Source: Diplonema japonicum (Eukaryota; Protista; Euglenozoa: Diplonemea). Taken from it: DNA of 64,000 bases. This document shows, one piece after another, positions 22,664 through 32,926 of the stretch (position 1 is the first letter of the stretch; every line of letters starts with the position of its first letter). The notes beneath the pieces were generated by a model. That model was not told where the DNA came from. It saw nothing but the letters and a program-made list of their open reading frames with translations, and searched no databases. Made by a program: the position numbers and the translations under genes. Location: the NCBI GenBank assembly GCA_964019335.1, contig OZ025660.1, positions 620,001 through 684,000 on the forward strand. Direction: 5' to 3'.

Positions 22664-25600
22664 ATTTTTTTCCCCTCCCTTCTTTTTATAAAATATTGTC
22701 ATCATACCTCACTCATCAGATCGAAGTCAATCTCACCCATCATCATGAACAACAACGTGCCGAAAGCATCTCCAGCTCCCTTTTTTTTTTTTTTTTTTTT
22801 TTTTTTATCTTGAGGTTTTTTTTTTATAATAACGACATACTCTGTATCTTTCGATTAGCGTGCCGAAGACGACCCACGCAGACAGCGTGAACGCCATCAT
22901 GAAGATCACGAATATGACAAGTAAGTACACAATCAACAGGGCGGCTTTTGTGACGGTCATCACGATCCTATTAATCTCCTGGAAGGAGCGGAGGTAATAG
23001 ATGAACCTCATGTAGGCGAGGAGGATGGCAACACCGTCCAGTTGGAACAGCGAGTAGCTGATCTCAGAGGCTGTCTCGTACTGGTCGGGGAACACCCTGT
23101 CGCATGCAATGTTGGCGTCGGTGGTCGACAGCCACATGAACCAGAACCTGAAGGCCCACGAGATCACCACCACACCGAAGAAAATTGTGTCGAAAACGTA
23201 CCAAAAGTCGCTGAAATACAAGACCATAAGCGGCATCGTGAGTTTGATCCCAGCAAAGCTGCACTTTTTGTTGCATGTCACCAACGGGCACCAATTACCG
23301 TGTGCCTTGTCCGATTCCGCACGCAGTTCGACCAGTCTGTTGTGCCACGCCAGCCTGAAGGATCTGAAGCTTTCGTAGATCAGCGTGAACATCAACAGTA
23401 ATGTTATAATCACAGCGATGACGAACAGTGCAGGTGCCTGTTGAGCCGACAGTTGGAAGAGCCTGAAGGTGTGCACCTGCAAAGTCATGGCGTACCCTCC
23501 CGTCGTCGATATCTCCGCCATGTACTGGAACCTCGATATAAGACGCGAGTTCTGGTTGTGGATGAAGAACTCCACCATGACACCTCTAGTGGACACGTCG
23601 ATCCATTGGTTGGCATTCAAGTGTTCCACCACACGCACCATTTCCTGGTACGACATGTCCACAGGGAGGATTGTCCCGTACCCGGAACACCCGTACAGTG
23701 CCATCGTCTGCGTACCCGAGGCGACCATCCGTCCTGGGTAGCTTAGGAACTTCGCACCTCCAAGCTCGCTGCATGACCTGTATACCCACGGCTGCGCATC
23801 GAACCACAAGGCTTGCGCTGTGAGGTTCCCATCCTCAGCCTGTTGGATCCATGTCTTGAACTGCTCCCTTGTGGGTGCATAGAACATCAGTTCATCCGTC
23901 AGAGCGTTGCTGTTGTCGATGTTGTAGATGGCCTTCGGCGTGTAGTTCACATTGGGGGGCAGCACACCAGTCACCAGGTTCTGGCTGTCCAAATACCCGC
24001 GTTCATCCTGCTTGCGGTCCTCCCAGGAGTCGTAGCATTTAGGGTGGTACGAATTCCTTTTCTGTTGCATGTCGTCGGCCACAGCGCGTCGCACCCATTG
24101 GTACCATTTCCACGTGTTGGCGCTGTTCTTCAACCAGTTGCATGCAGAGGCCGTCGCGTTTTCGTTGTTGAGGTCCTTCATCATGCTCTTCATGTCGTTC
24201 TCGTTGAAGACAAGGTAATGCACCAGCTGCTCGATGTCAGCGAAGTGCTCCTTCAGGTCAGTGGAAGCAAGATTGAAGCCTTTCGAGATTGTGTCTTGCG
24301 AGTAGTCATCCGCCAAGGTGAGCCTCACAGTCGGAAAGGACCCGGTGAGCTTCCCAGGGGAAACATCGTAGAAGAGAAGAGAATCGCCGTTGGAGTTGCG
24401 CGACAACACAACCGTGTCATAGTCGGAGATGGCGTGTGTCTCGCGTGTGAAGGACGTCAGATTATTGCTGATAAGCTTTGCTTCGACGTCGCTCTGCGTT
24501 GCATCTCTGTCAAGGATGATGCTGTTAAAGACAGCAGCGTTGCGGGAGTTGAAGAGCGCAGTATGGCCGATGGAAGTACACTTGGGGCATGCTGTAGCAC
24601 CCGCTTGGGTCATGAACCAACCCTGCGTAATAGACGTGACAGTGCCTGACCCTGTACCGATGGTGATGTGCGTGGTGCTGATACCAGGCACATCCGTTGC
24701 ATTGGCTATTGTGGCGCGCGTCGTGAGCTTTTCCTCAATTAGAATACGTGTGGCGTGCGCGATGACATTGCAGGCCTCCCAGTAGTCCTCCGTCGTGTCG
24801 ATCACAATGGTGACAGGATCCCTGTCGTCGTAGAACGCATTGGGCTCTAGACATGTCGATGTCACTGGGTCTGTAGTCACGTTCTTATTCTTGATGCTCA
24901 GCCAGTCAGTGAACTTCCGAGTGTCACCCTCCGCACGGCACACATCTGTATCAGAGGCAAAGAGTGCATCCATCCCTTTACAGTTTCGCGGTCGTTGTCG
25001 AAATTGCCGTAGCTTCATCCCCCCGACTAGTTTGCTAGAATGGAAAAACGTTGTTTGTGTCCCAGGTTTGGTTGGCTCGTCTGAGTCGTAAAGGGACTGC
25101 AACAGAGGGCCTTTGAACCAATCCCAGTACTCCTCTTCATTCACAGCGTCGTAAAAGGTCTGCGCGAACCAATACTTGGTTTCGTCCCCTATCTCATCCT
25201 TGCCTATGTTTTCGTTGATTGCGACGTTGAGGTAGTACCCAGGTCTGATACCCTTGTCGGACTGCAGGAAGAAAGTCAGCAGAATCACGAATATTATGTA
25301 CAACACGAAGAACATGTCGCGCATGGTGATCTCGTACCTTCTCTTTGTGTAGCCTATGTGATAGCCGAGGCCTTCGGCGGGGATGGTTGGTTTTTTGGCG
25401 CAGTTTGAGAGGAATATCTTTTTGTTGATTTCTCCGTTGAAGATGTGTGCCAAAGTGGGCCACAAGTCGCACTCGGCGGCGCAAGTGCTTCTGTTATTGG
25501 GATCGCTGTCAGGGACAATGCCAAACGTCTTAACGTACGCATTGCAAAAGGTTGCCTCATGGATGATGTAGGACTCGCACACTTCCCTCAGCATGTCATA

Positions 25601-26716
25601 GTGCCCGAAGATGCCCAGCCTTGTGGTGTATGTTCGTAGGCGTCTTTCGAACTGTACCATCGCCTTCTCGGACATGATGCTGGATGTAACGAGGAGTATG
25701 TCCTCCTTCAAATGACTGAGTTGGTCCTGTAGTTCTTGTGTCATGTCCTTGTTCGCTTGTTGTACATCGTCGTCTAGAAGTTCGAACAGCTCGTCGCTTT
25801 CTTTCAACCCGAATGTGATTTTTTTGAAGTTCCCCACGGAAACCCAAAACGCCAGTTGCTCCGGTTTCGGTTTGAGGATCTTCCCCAGGGCGATCGGGGC
25901 GCCCTTCCGCCATCTCTTCTCGTTGTAGCGGACCACGTTTTGGTTGAACTCCCTCGCGCTCTGGTCGAGTGAGACTTTTTCACCCCGCTCTCCCATGATG
26001 TGTGCGAAGAATTCTGTTAGTTTGGCTTGAGACATTTCAATACTGCACGCTTTAGCTTGTTGGGTGACGAGCTCTGCTGCGGCTTGTGAACGGACGTTTC
26101 TATACGCTGCGTTGCCGCCTGTTGTTTTCTTGTTGGGATCGATGAGCCGCAACCAGTCGGAGATGGGAAGGTACTTTTGAGTCTCTGACTTCGTACTGTT
26201 CAGAAGACAGTAGAGACGGTGCATCGTTATGTCACGCTCTTGTCTTGATATCTGACTGACAGTCTCGCTTGCACTCACATCGAGTGTAAGGAGCGGTGCA
26301 GGCTTGAAAAAACTGAACATAGACTTCATGGGGTACTTTCTTTCGGCGGCGTGAGAGTCTTCGTCTTGAGATGCCTCGGCGACCTTCTTCCACACGTTGT
26401 CCCATTCTTCCTCTGTCATTTCCTTCCCGCTATTTTCAAGGAGGACGAGCATCTCCTCCATCTCGTTATGGTGGAGCATTAAGTACACCATTGCCTTGCG
26501 GAGGGTCTGCAACTCCAACGGTCCCAACGAGGAGAGGTCCTGTATCTCTTTCCTTGAATTGTTCTCTTCCACAAGCTGTTGCAGCGCGGACGTTGCGAAC
26601 TCATCACCCTCCACCCACATCACGCCTTCCTTAAGCGGGTGCCAGGCGGGGGATGCCCAACATTTCTCGTCCCCATCCGGAGGGGGCTCTGAGTCGGGTA
26701 CTGTCTTTTGCGACAT
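21605..26716 (-). CDS. Polycystin-2-like (TRPP/PKD) cation channel with long N-terminus and a large insertion in the extracellular TOP domain; 2 introns
   Basis: S1 helix (DMFFVLYIIFVILL), EEYWDWFKGPLL, KLVGGMKLRQFRQ, NQWIDVSTRGVMVEFFIHN; pore GTLLFMMMGEIDF and S6 ILFNLLIGVI assembled across introns 22780-22840 and 22631-22707. Confidence 0.88.
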
Positions 26717-26852
26717 TTTTTTTTTTCTCCGCCTTTTTTATTTAGTTTGGTAGAGGGGGGAAACAAGAACAAAAATAAGAGAAGAAAAAAAAAAAACAAT
26801 AGAAAACTACGTATGTGTAAATAAACTGTTTTCAGGTTTTCTCTTTCTAGCA

Positions 26853-27113
26853 TCAACACGGGCCACGGTGTGATGATTTTGTAGTCGCGAAGTTAGCAGC
26901 AGATCGCTTCAGGCAGTAGTGTGTGTATCCGCGATCCCCGCACTTTCCAGGTGCCAGTCCGACTATCGTTTCGTTTGGTTTGCAGGATATTGCCTCGCCC
27001 TGCTCTTCTATGCAGAAGGATTTGTCGTGCTTTCCCTGCCCCGATGCGTAGGTGTTGTAGTCCTGCAGACAGCTGTGCCATTCTTTCCCCGGCTTTGCAC
27101 CCATCACCCACAC
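26853..27113 (-). CDS. Possible small cysteine-rich protein (start uncertain)
   Basis: Coding-like GC island with 6 Cys between A/T-rich spacers; no clear signal peptide or upstream exon found. Confidence 0.35.
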   Translation of the reverse strand: MWVMGAKPGKEWHSCLQDYNTYASGQGKHDKSFCIEEQGEAISCKPNETIVGLAPGKCGDRGYTHYCLKRSAANFATTKSSHRGPC

Positions 27114-27401
27114 CCCTCTTTTTATATTATTGTACCGAAAACAGAGAAAAATAAAAAAAAGAGAAGAATGGAGTGGAAATAAAAAAGAAAATCACTAGTA
27201 ATATCTCTTCAGTAGCTTGGGCGTGAAACCAACACTAGCGAGTTGTGGATGCAATGTGACAAGTGCTTCCCCCAGGATGCCACACTGCAAAAGAAACGAG
27301 AGGGAGCTCTTAAAAAAAGAGAAGAGAAAAAAGAAAAAAAAGCAATGAATACAAATGGGATTTGCTTTTTTTTTCTTTTTTTTCTCCCTCTTTTTCTAAT
27401 T

Positions 27402-28346
27402 TCAGAACGACTTTCTTGTCGCTCCGAACATTTCGCAGATTTCAGTCGCACTGAGCACTTTATCAACGAAAGGGGAGTAATCAGATGACTTGATCCCCTT
27501 TTGAGCAGCGGCTATGTAGTCATTGGCAAACCGTGGCTTGATGTTAAACGCATCCATAATGGCAGCAGTTGAGAGGCCCTCCGACACTGCAACTGCTGCG
27601 AAGCCTGCCTTGAACTTTTTGATTTGCGCAGGGGTGGTGCTGAAGCGGTAGGCACGCGCACAAAATTTAACCTTGCCAGGGTCCGAGCGAAGAGTAAGGC
27701 CCACACGAGGCCCGGAGAAAACAGGTTTGTCCAATGGAGTCTTGGAAAGCTTGAGGGTAAGCCCTTCCGTTGATTCAGCATACAATTGCTTCCCAGTCCT
27801 CCCATTGGCAAAGCTTGCTATCGAGTCGCACTGGTTTAACTCAAGTATCTTATTGACAGCCAAACAAGGTCCCTCCACTACGACACCGGAAGATGAGATG
27901 GATCGAATGAGGAAGCCACAGTACATTTTTGTTTCTTCGTTGCCCATAGTGAGGTCCAACCCTTTGTAAGTACCGCCTTTGTAAGCGCCAGTGTTTCCTT
28001 GCCGGTGGAAGTACCATGAACCGGATTCAAGTTGGTCGGGTTGGCGGTGTGTGTACACGTCCTTGTGGGTGTCGTGATGGACGTAGGCCTCCACCTCCGA
28101 GATCCTCCATGCTTTACCGTTGATATCCAGTTCGAAGTAGGTCATGAGGTCCGACGCAACACTGAATAATTTCTTTTGCTGCTCCTCGTAACTACCTGGG
28201 AGGCCATTTTTCAGCCTTCCCAGGAGGTCTTGCAGGCCTTTTGGAGATGGGCTTCCCACAGCGGTGGCTGTCTTTCGTTTTTTGTTATTTTCGGGGCTTT
28301 TGCTTCGTGACATCATCGCCTGAAGCGCATTCCTCTTGTTAGACAT
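27402..28346 (-). CDS. Methylpurine-DNA glycosylase (MPG/AAG)-like protein
   Basis: WRISEVEAY, GFLIRSI, VEGPCLAV and GPRVGL match the MPG-fold pattern (RIVETEAY...VLIRA...GPG...PRIGI); basic N-terminal NLS-like KKRK. Confidence 0.6.
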   Translation of the reverse strand: MSNKRNALQAMMSRSKSPENNKKRKTATAVGSPSPKGLQDLLGRLKNGLPGSYEEQQKKLFSVASDLMTYFELDINGKAWRISEVEAYVHHDTHKDVYTHRQPDQLESGSWYFHRQGNTGAYKGGTYKGLDLTMGNEETKMYCGFLIRSISSSGVVVEGPCLAVNKILELNQCDSIASFANGRTGKQLYAESTEGLTLKLSKTPLDKPVFSGPRVGLTLRSDPGKVKFCARAYRFSTTPAQIKKFKAGFAAVAVSEGLSTAAIMDAFNIKPRFANDYIAAAQKGIKSSDYSPFVDKVLSATEICEMFGATRKSF

Positions 28347-29223
28347 TATTTTTTTTTTTCCCCGCCCTTTCTGTGAAAGTTTGTGGTTATTGAGGGAATG
28401 GGGTGGGAAATTGAGGAAGGAAATGAAACGATCACTCACAAAATAGAGGAGGGAAGAAAAAAAAAAAAAAAGATGCATACAGCACCAGAATGAACAATTT
28501 TCTTCTCTTTTTTTTTTTTTTTTTTTTTTAATTCTTAACGTTGACAAAAAGACAAGGTAATTTGGGGCATTTTTCTTATCACCCTCCTCCTCCCCCCATT
28601 CTTCTTTTTCTCTATTTCTTTCTTTCCTGGTTTTCTTTGACGTTTGAAAAAACACTAAGAAAAGGTGTTTTTTTTCCCCCAATTCCATTGGGATTTTTCT
28701 TACTTCTTGCTGTGGTGCTACAATTCAGTGTTTTCCATTTACTCATCCTCCGCATTGATTCCGAAAGGAGGGAGGTGTGTGGGGGAGGGGGTGCATTCAA
28801 GAGAGACACGGTTGAAAGTGAAAAGGAAGCGCCTGAGGATATAATTCTGTTGGTTCCAGTTTTCTCTTCACCAGTGCATTCTTTGAACATAATATTAATA
28901 AAAACAGTTTTTCTCTGTTCGAGTAAAATAAATACAAAAGTAGACCAACCACAGCGAGAAGAGAATGCAAAAAAAAAAAAAAAAAAATAATAATAATAAA
29001 GGAAGAATAAAGCAAAAGACAGCCACATAGGCAGCCTTGGAAAGAAAGACAGAAAACCAGGAAAGAAAGTAGAAAAAGAAAATAAAGGGAGAACAGGGGT
29101 AACGAGTCTTAATTGTGTGTATCTTGAAAAAAGAGAAATAAAAAAGAATGCGAGGGAAAGAGAATTAAAAATAAAAAAAATTAAAAGATTTCTTCTCTCC
29201 CTTGTTATCCATTCGAGTTACAT

Positions 29224-31784
29224 TCACATCCCAAGCTTGGTCTTGGCCAGGTTGATGATGTACTCATCGGTTGGGAGCTTGTTGACAGTGGTGCCGGGGG
29301 ACTGAGGAGGGCTGTGTCCGCACTCGGTGGCTTTACCAGAGGGCGTGAAAATGTTGAGGTTCTTCACGATGGTAGCCCCGGGACCGGAGCAACCTTCACC
29401 ACTGCCTACGTTCTCAGAGGTCATGACCAGAGTGTTGTTGAAGAAGGCATCGACGTGGCCAGCAAGCTGGCTGCAGATGCCGAAGCCCTGCTTCACGTAC
29501 CCGTAGATGTTGTCGAAGTGCCAGTTGTCGTGGCCACCGAAGTCGTTCTTCATTCCCTGGTTGCCAGAGACAAGGAAGTTGTCATGGGTGTGGAAGTAAG
29601 CACTCCCATCATCGTTGTCAATGCCTTCCTGAAGGTTGTAGTTGTCAATGAAGAAGTTGTTCGAGATTGTCCTCCACGCCATCTGCACAGAGGGCTCACC
29701 CGTCCTCACAGATGTCAAGAACGGCTGCCTGTCCCACGAGTTGAAAGGCCCGTGGTCACCGCTCTCCCTGCATGTGGAGAAGACAAGGTTTCCGTGCAGC
29801 GTGTCAGCACCCCCGAAACCGTCGTTGAAGTTGATCCCCGCACGTGGGCCCTGTGAGAAAGAGTTATAGAAAAAAAAAAAGAGAATTGTGTAAGACATAC
29901 GTTGAAGAACACGTTGTACTGCAAGTTCGACTCCGCCACCTTCCCTTGGAAGTAGAAGGCCGACTGCTTCTCTGTTGTTGTTGTTGTTGTTGTTGTTGCC
30001 ATCCTCCTCCCAAAGGCATACCGTAGTGTCCGATCTCACGGGCTACGTTGTTGATGATGTTGGTGTACCTCGGGTGGTTCCCGTCGGTGCCGTCGAAGCC
30101 CTCAAGCGGGTTGGCACCAGTCTCGTTGGTGTACCCCCAGGCGGCCAGACTGTTCCCACCAATCCATGCGAACTCGTTGCGGCTGACTGTGGCATTGCGG
30201 TTGTACCCACTCACGAACTGTTGTGTTGTGTTGTTGTTTGAATGTCACATTGCATACCACGCCGTTCCCGTCAATGCGGGTGATGAAGTTGCTGTCAACG
30301 GTGCACTGCTCAGTGCCTTCCAAGAAGACCGCCCCCATCCTGTCCAGGGCCCAGTCACCACCAGAGGGAACGCCGTGCGCCTCCATGTAAGTGTAGCGGG
30401 TGGCGGTCATCTTCAGCCCACGAATGGTGACACCGACAATGGGGTTCCAGCGGGTCTCCGCAGTGAGGTTGAAGAGGGTCTTGATCTGGGGGATGACGTA
30501 CTCCCCGTCGGCAGGTGGGGCACCAGTCGCATTGTGGTAGAAGTACATCTTCTTCGCTGCCCTGTCGTAGAAGAACTCGTTCGGGTAGTCGAACTCCTCG
30601 AACACGTTCTCAATGAACCAGTCACCACCTTGGTTGTTTCCCCTGGCTCCTTGGAATCCACCAAGCCCGAATGTGATGTTGTTGGTGGTGGTGTCGTAAG
30701 GACCTGCCTCGAACATCCAGTTTGCCCAACGGGCGGGCCTCCACACGTTCAAGATGGCACCCTCAATGTTCTTGTAGGGCATGTGAAGCCCAGAGTCAGG
30801 CCCGCCGTTGGGGGGTGCAATCACAGACTTGCTGGGGGTCACACCCTGGGGCACACGGAAAGCAAAGGCACCACCACCAGAGGGGTCCTGGGAGCACCAG
30901 TAAGCAACAGGGGGGTCGTAGATGTCGCAAGGGCCCCCAATGCCCACCATGTACTCCTGGAAGCCGTAGGTGGTGAAGTTCCTCATCTGCGAAGGGTTCG
31001 TGTTGGTGACGTACTTCTGCTTGCCTTGTTCAGACAAGTCAGGGGGAGTCCATGTGGCGGCAGAGCTGGGAATCATCTGCACACCGTTCGGGTCACCAGC
31101 CTCCTCCTGCCTCTCAGGGAGTTCGACGTTCCCGTTGGGGTAGCGTGCCCTCGTGGCACGGACCCCGTTCATCTGGAAGCCCCACGCGTAGTCGATGCCT
31201 GCCTGCGACATGTCTGCGGTGTACATGTTGTTCCCGTTCGCGACGTTGTACGGCTGCCAGTCAAGACCCACCTTCTTCCCCCCGCTCACCGTCACCGCCT
31301 CCCCGTTGTAGTTCTGGATCGTGAGGTCCTTGTTCTCAGCCGTCACCTGAACCGCCTCAGTGAGGTAGCATGTCCCCGCCCGCAGGTTCACCGTTGTCTG
31401 CTGCCCCTTCCCTTTCGTCACCGCTGCCTGGATAGTCTTCAGGGGTGCCGTGATCGACCCGGAGTTCCCGTCGCTCCCCGTCGCGCAGTCCACGAACAAC
31501 ACTGCCGCGTCACCGGGCCTCGATGTGGGGAACGGGCCCCTCTTCGCCTCCTGGTCGGCGGGGGTGAAGCTCGGGATTCCACCAGTGTAGTTCTGGCAGT
31601 CCTTGTTCAGACCCAGTGCGTAGTACAGGTTCTCGAACTTCCCAAGTCGGGGGACGGTCTTCTGCCCGTACTCCCATGCGAGCTTCCTCATCTTACAGTT
31701 GAATGACTCGGGGCCAAAACTCCAAATTGCAGTCGAGGTCTGCGCTGCCCCGAGCAGCAGCATCGCCATCGCGAGCGTCTTCAT
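29224..31784 (-). CDS. Secreted right-handed beta-helix glycoside hydrolase, GH141-like, copy 1; 3 introns
   Basis: Signal peptide; GSDGNSGSITAPLKTI, VNLRAGT, RARYPN, FIENVFEEFD.PNEFFYD, EKQSA, PRAGIN, GDHGPFNSW and DNDDGS resemble bacterial GH141-like proteins. Introns at 30218-30257, 29972-30021 and 29851-29900. Confidence 0.75.
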
Positions 31785-32926
31785 CTTTTTTTGTTTCAAG
31801 ATCCCCCTGCGGGCGTGTTGTTATACATTAAATCAAAAAGTGAAAAAAGGAGTAGGAAAAAAGATCAACATTCTTCATACTTCTATTCGCCAGAAACAAA
31901 AGTTTCTGAAGTTGTAAAAAAGAATGGGGGAAATAGGGGGGATAATCACGCCAATACTTTACTTTTCTTTGGGGGGGAGAAAAAGCATTATCTTCCATTG
32001 TTCAATGAAGAAGAAAGCTTTCCTTGGGGTCCGTTTACGTTGGAACAAGAAGAAAGGCCTTTTATCTTTCTTTTTTCTGCTTGCTTTCCTCGAGGGATTA
32101 TTTCTTACTTCTCGCGTGCAGCGTTGGAACAGTTTTCTTTTTTTATTCACTCTACCATAGCATAAAGAAAGGGATGTTCAAAAGAGGCAAAAAACACAAA
32201 GGCGCGGAAGCATTGAGGAGAGTACCTGGTACTACAAAAAACCCACCATATTCACTTCATTTTTTTTAGCGGTGCGTTTTCTCCTCGTTTTTTTATATAA
32301 TTATGTTGGTTCCATTTGCTTGTGTATATTTGCACTATTTGACGTTTTGACACTACAGAAAAGAGTTTTTTTTTTTTTTTTTTTTTTTTTCTTAGCGATA
32401 AATATCACGCTGGGTGCTGAGTGAATAGAAGAAGAAAAAAGCAAAACAAAACTGCAGCGAGAAGAGAATGCAAAAATTTAAAAAAAACAAAAAAAGGGGG
32501 GGGGGGCACGGAAACAAGAAAAGAAAATGAAATGCCTTTTTAGAAAGAGCAAGAGCATAAGAAAAGGAGAGAAGAAACAAACTTGAAAGAGAAACAGGAC
32601 AGTTTTCCCGTTAAGCAAGAAAAAAAAAAAAAAAAAAAAAAGTGGCAATTACAAAATACCGGTAAAGGGAGCCTCGTGACCACAAATATCTTGTAATCCA
32701 GGTCCGCTCACCCAGCCTAGAATAAAAAAAAGAGATGAGGTAAAAGAGGTTCCTGCTTGGAACGTCCCTTGTCTCTACTTATCTGCCCCATTTCCCCTTC
32801 TGGGGCCTCGACCTTTCTTTTCGGCAGTGCTGCAACAAAAAAAAAAAAAAAAAAAGTGGTTGCAATAATATAACGTGGCATGTTTTAGTTAACAGCGATA
32901 AATACTTTTCACCATTCGAGTTACAT

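Noticed and set aside
30048-31706. Long plus-strand ORFs (552, 552, 516, 492, 430, 395 aa) antisense to the GH141-like, sulfatase and LPMO genes
   Set aside because: Shadow ORFs caused by high GC3 codon bias on the coding strand; no recognisable motifs.
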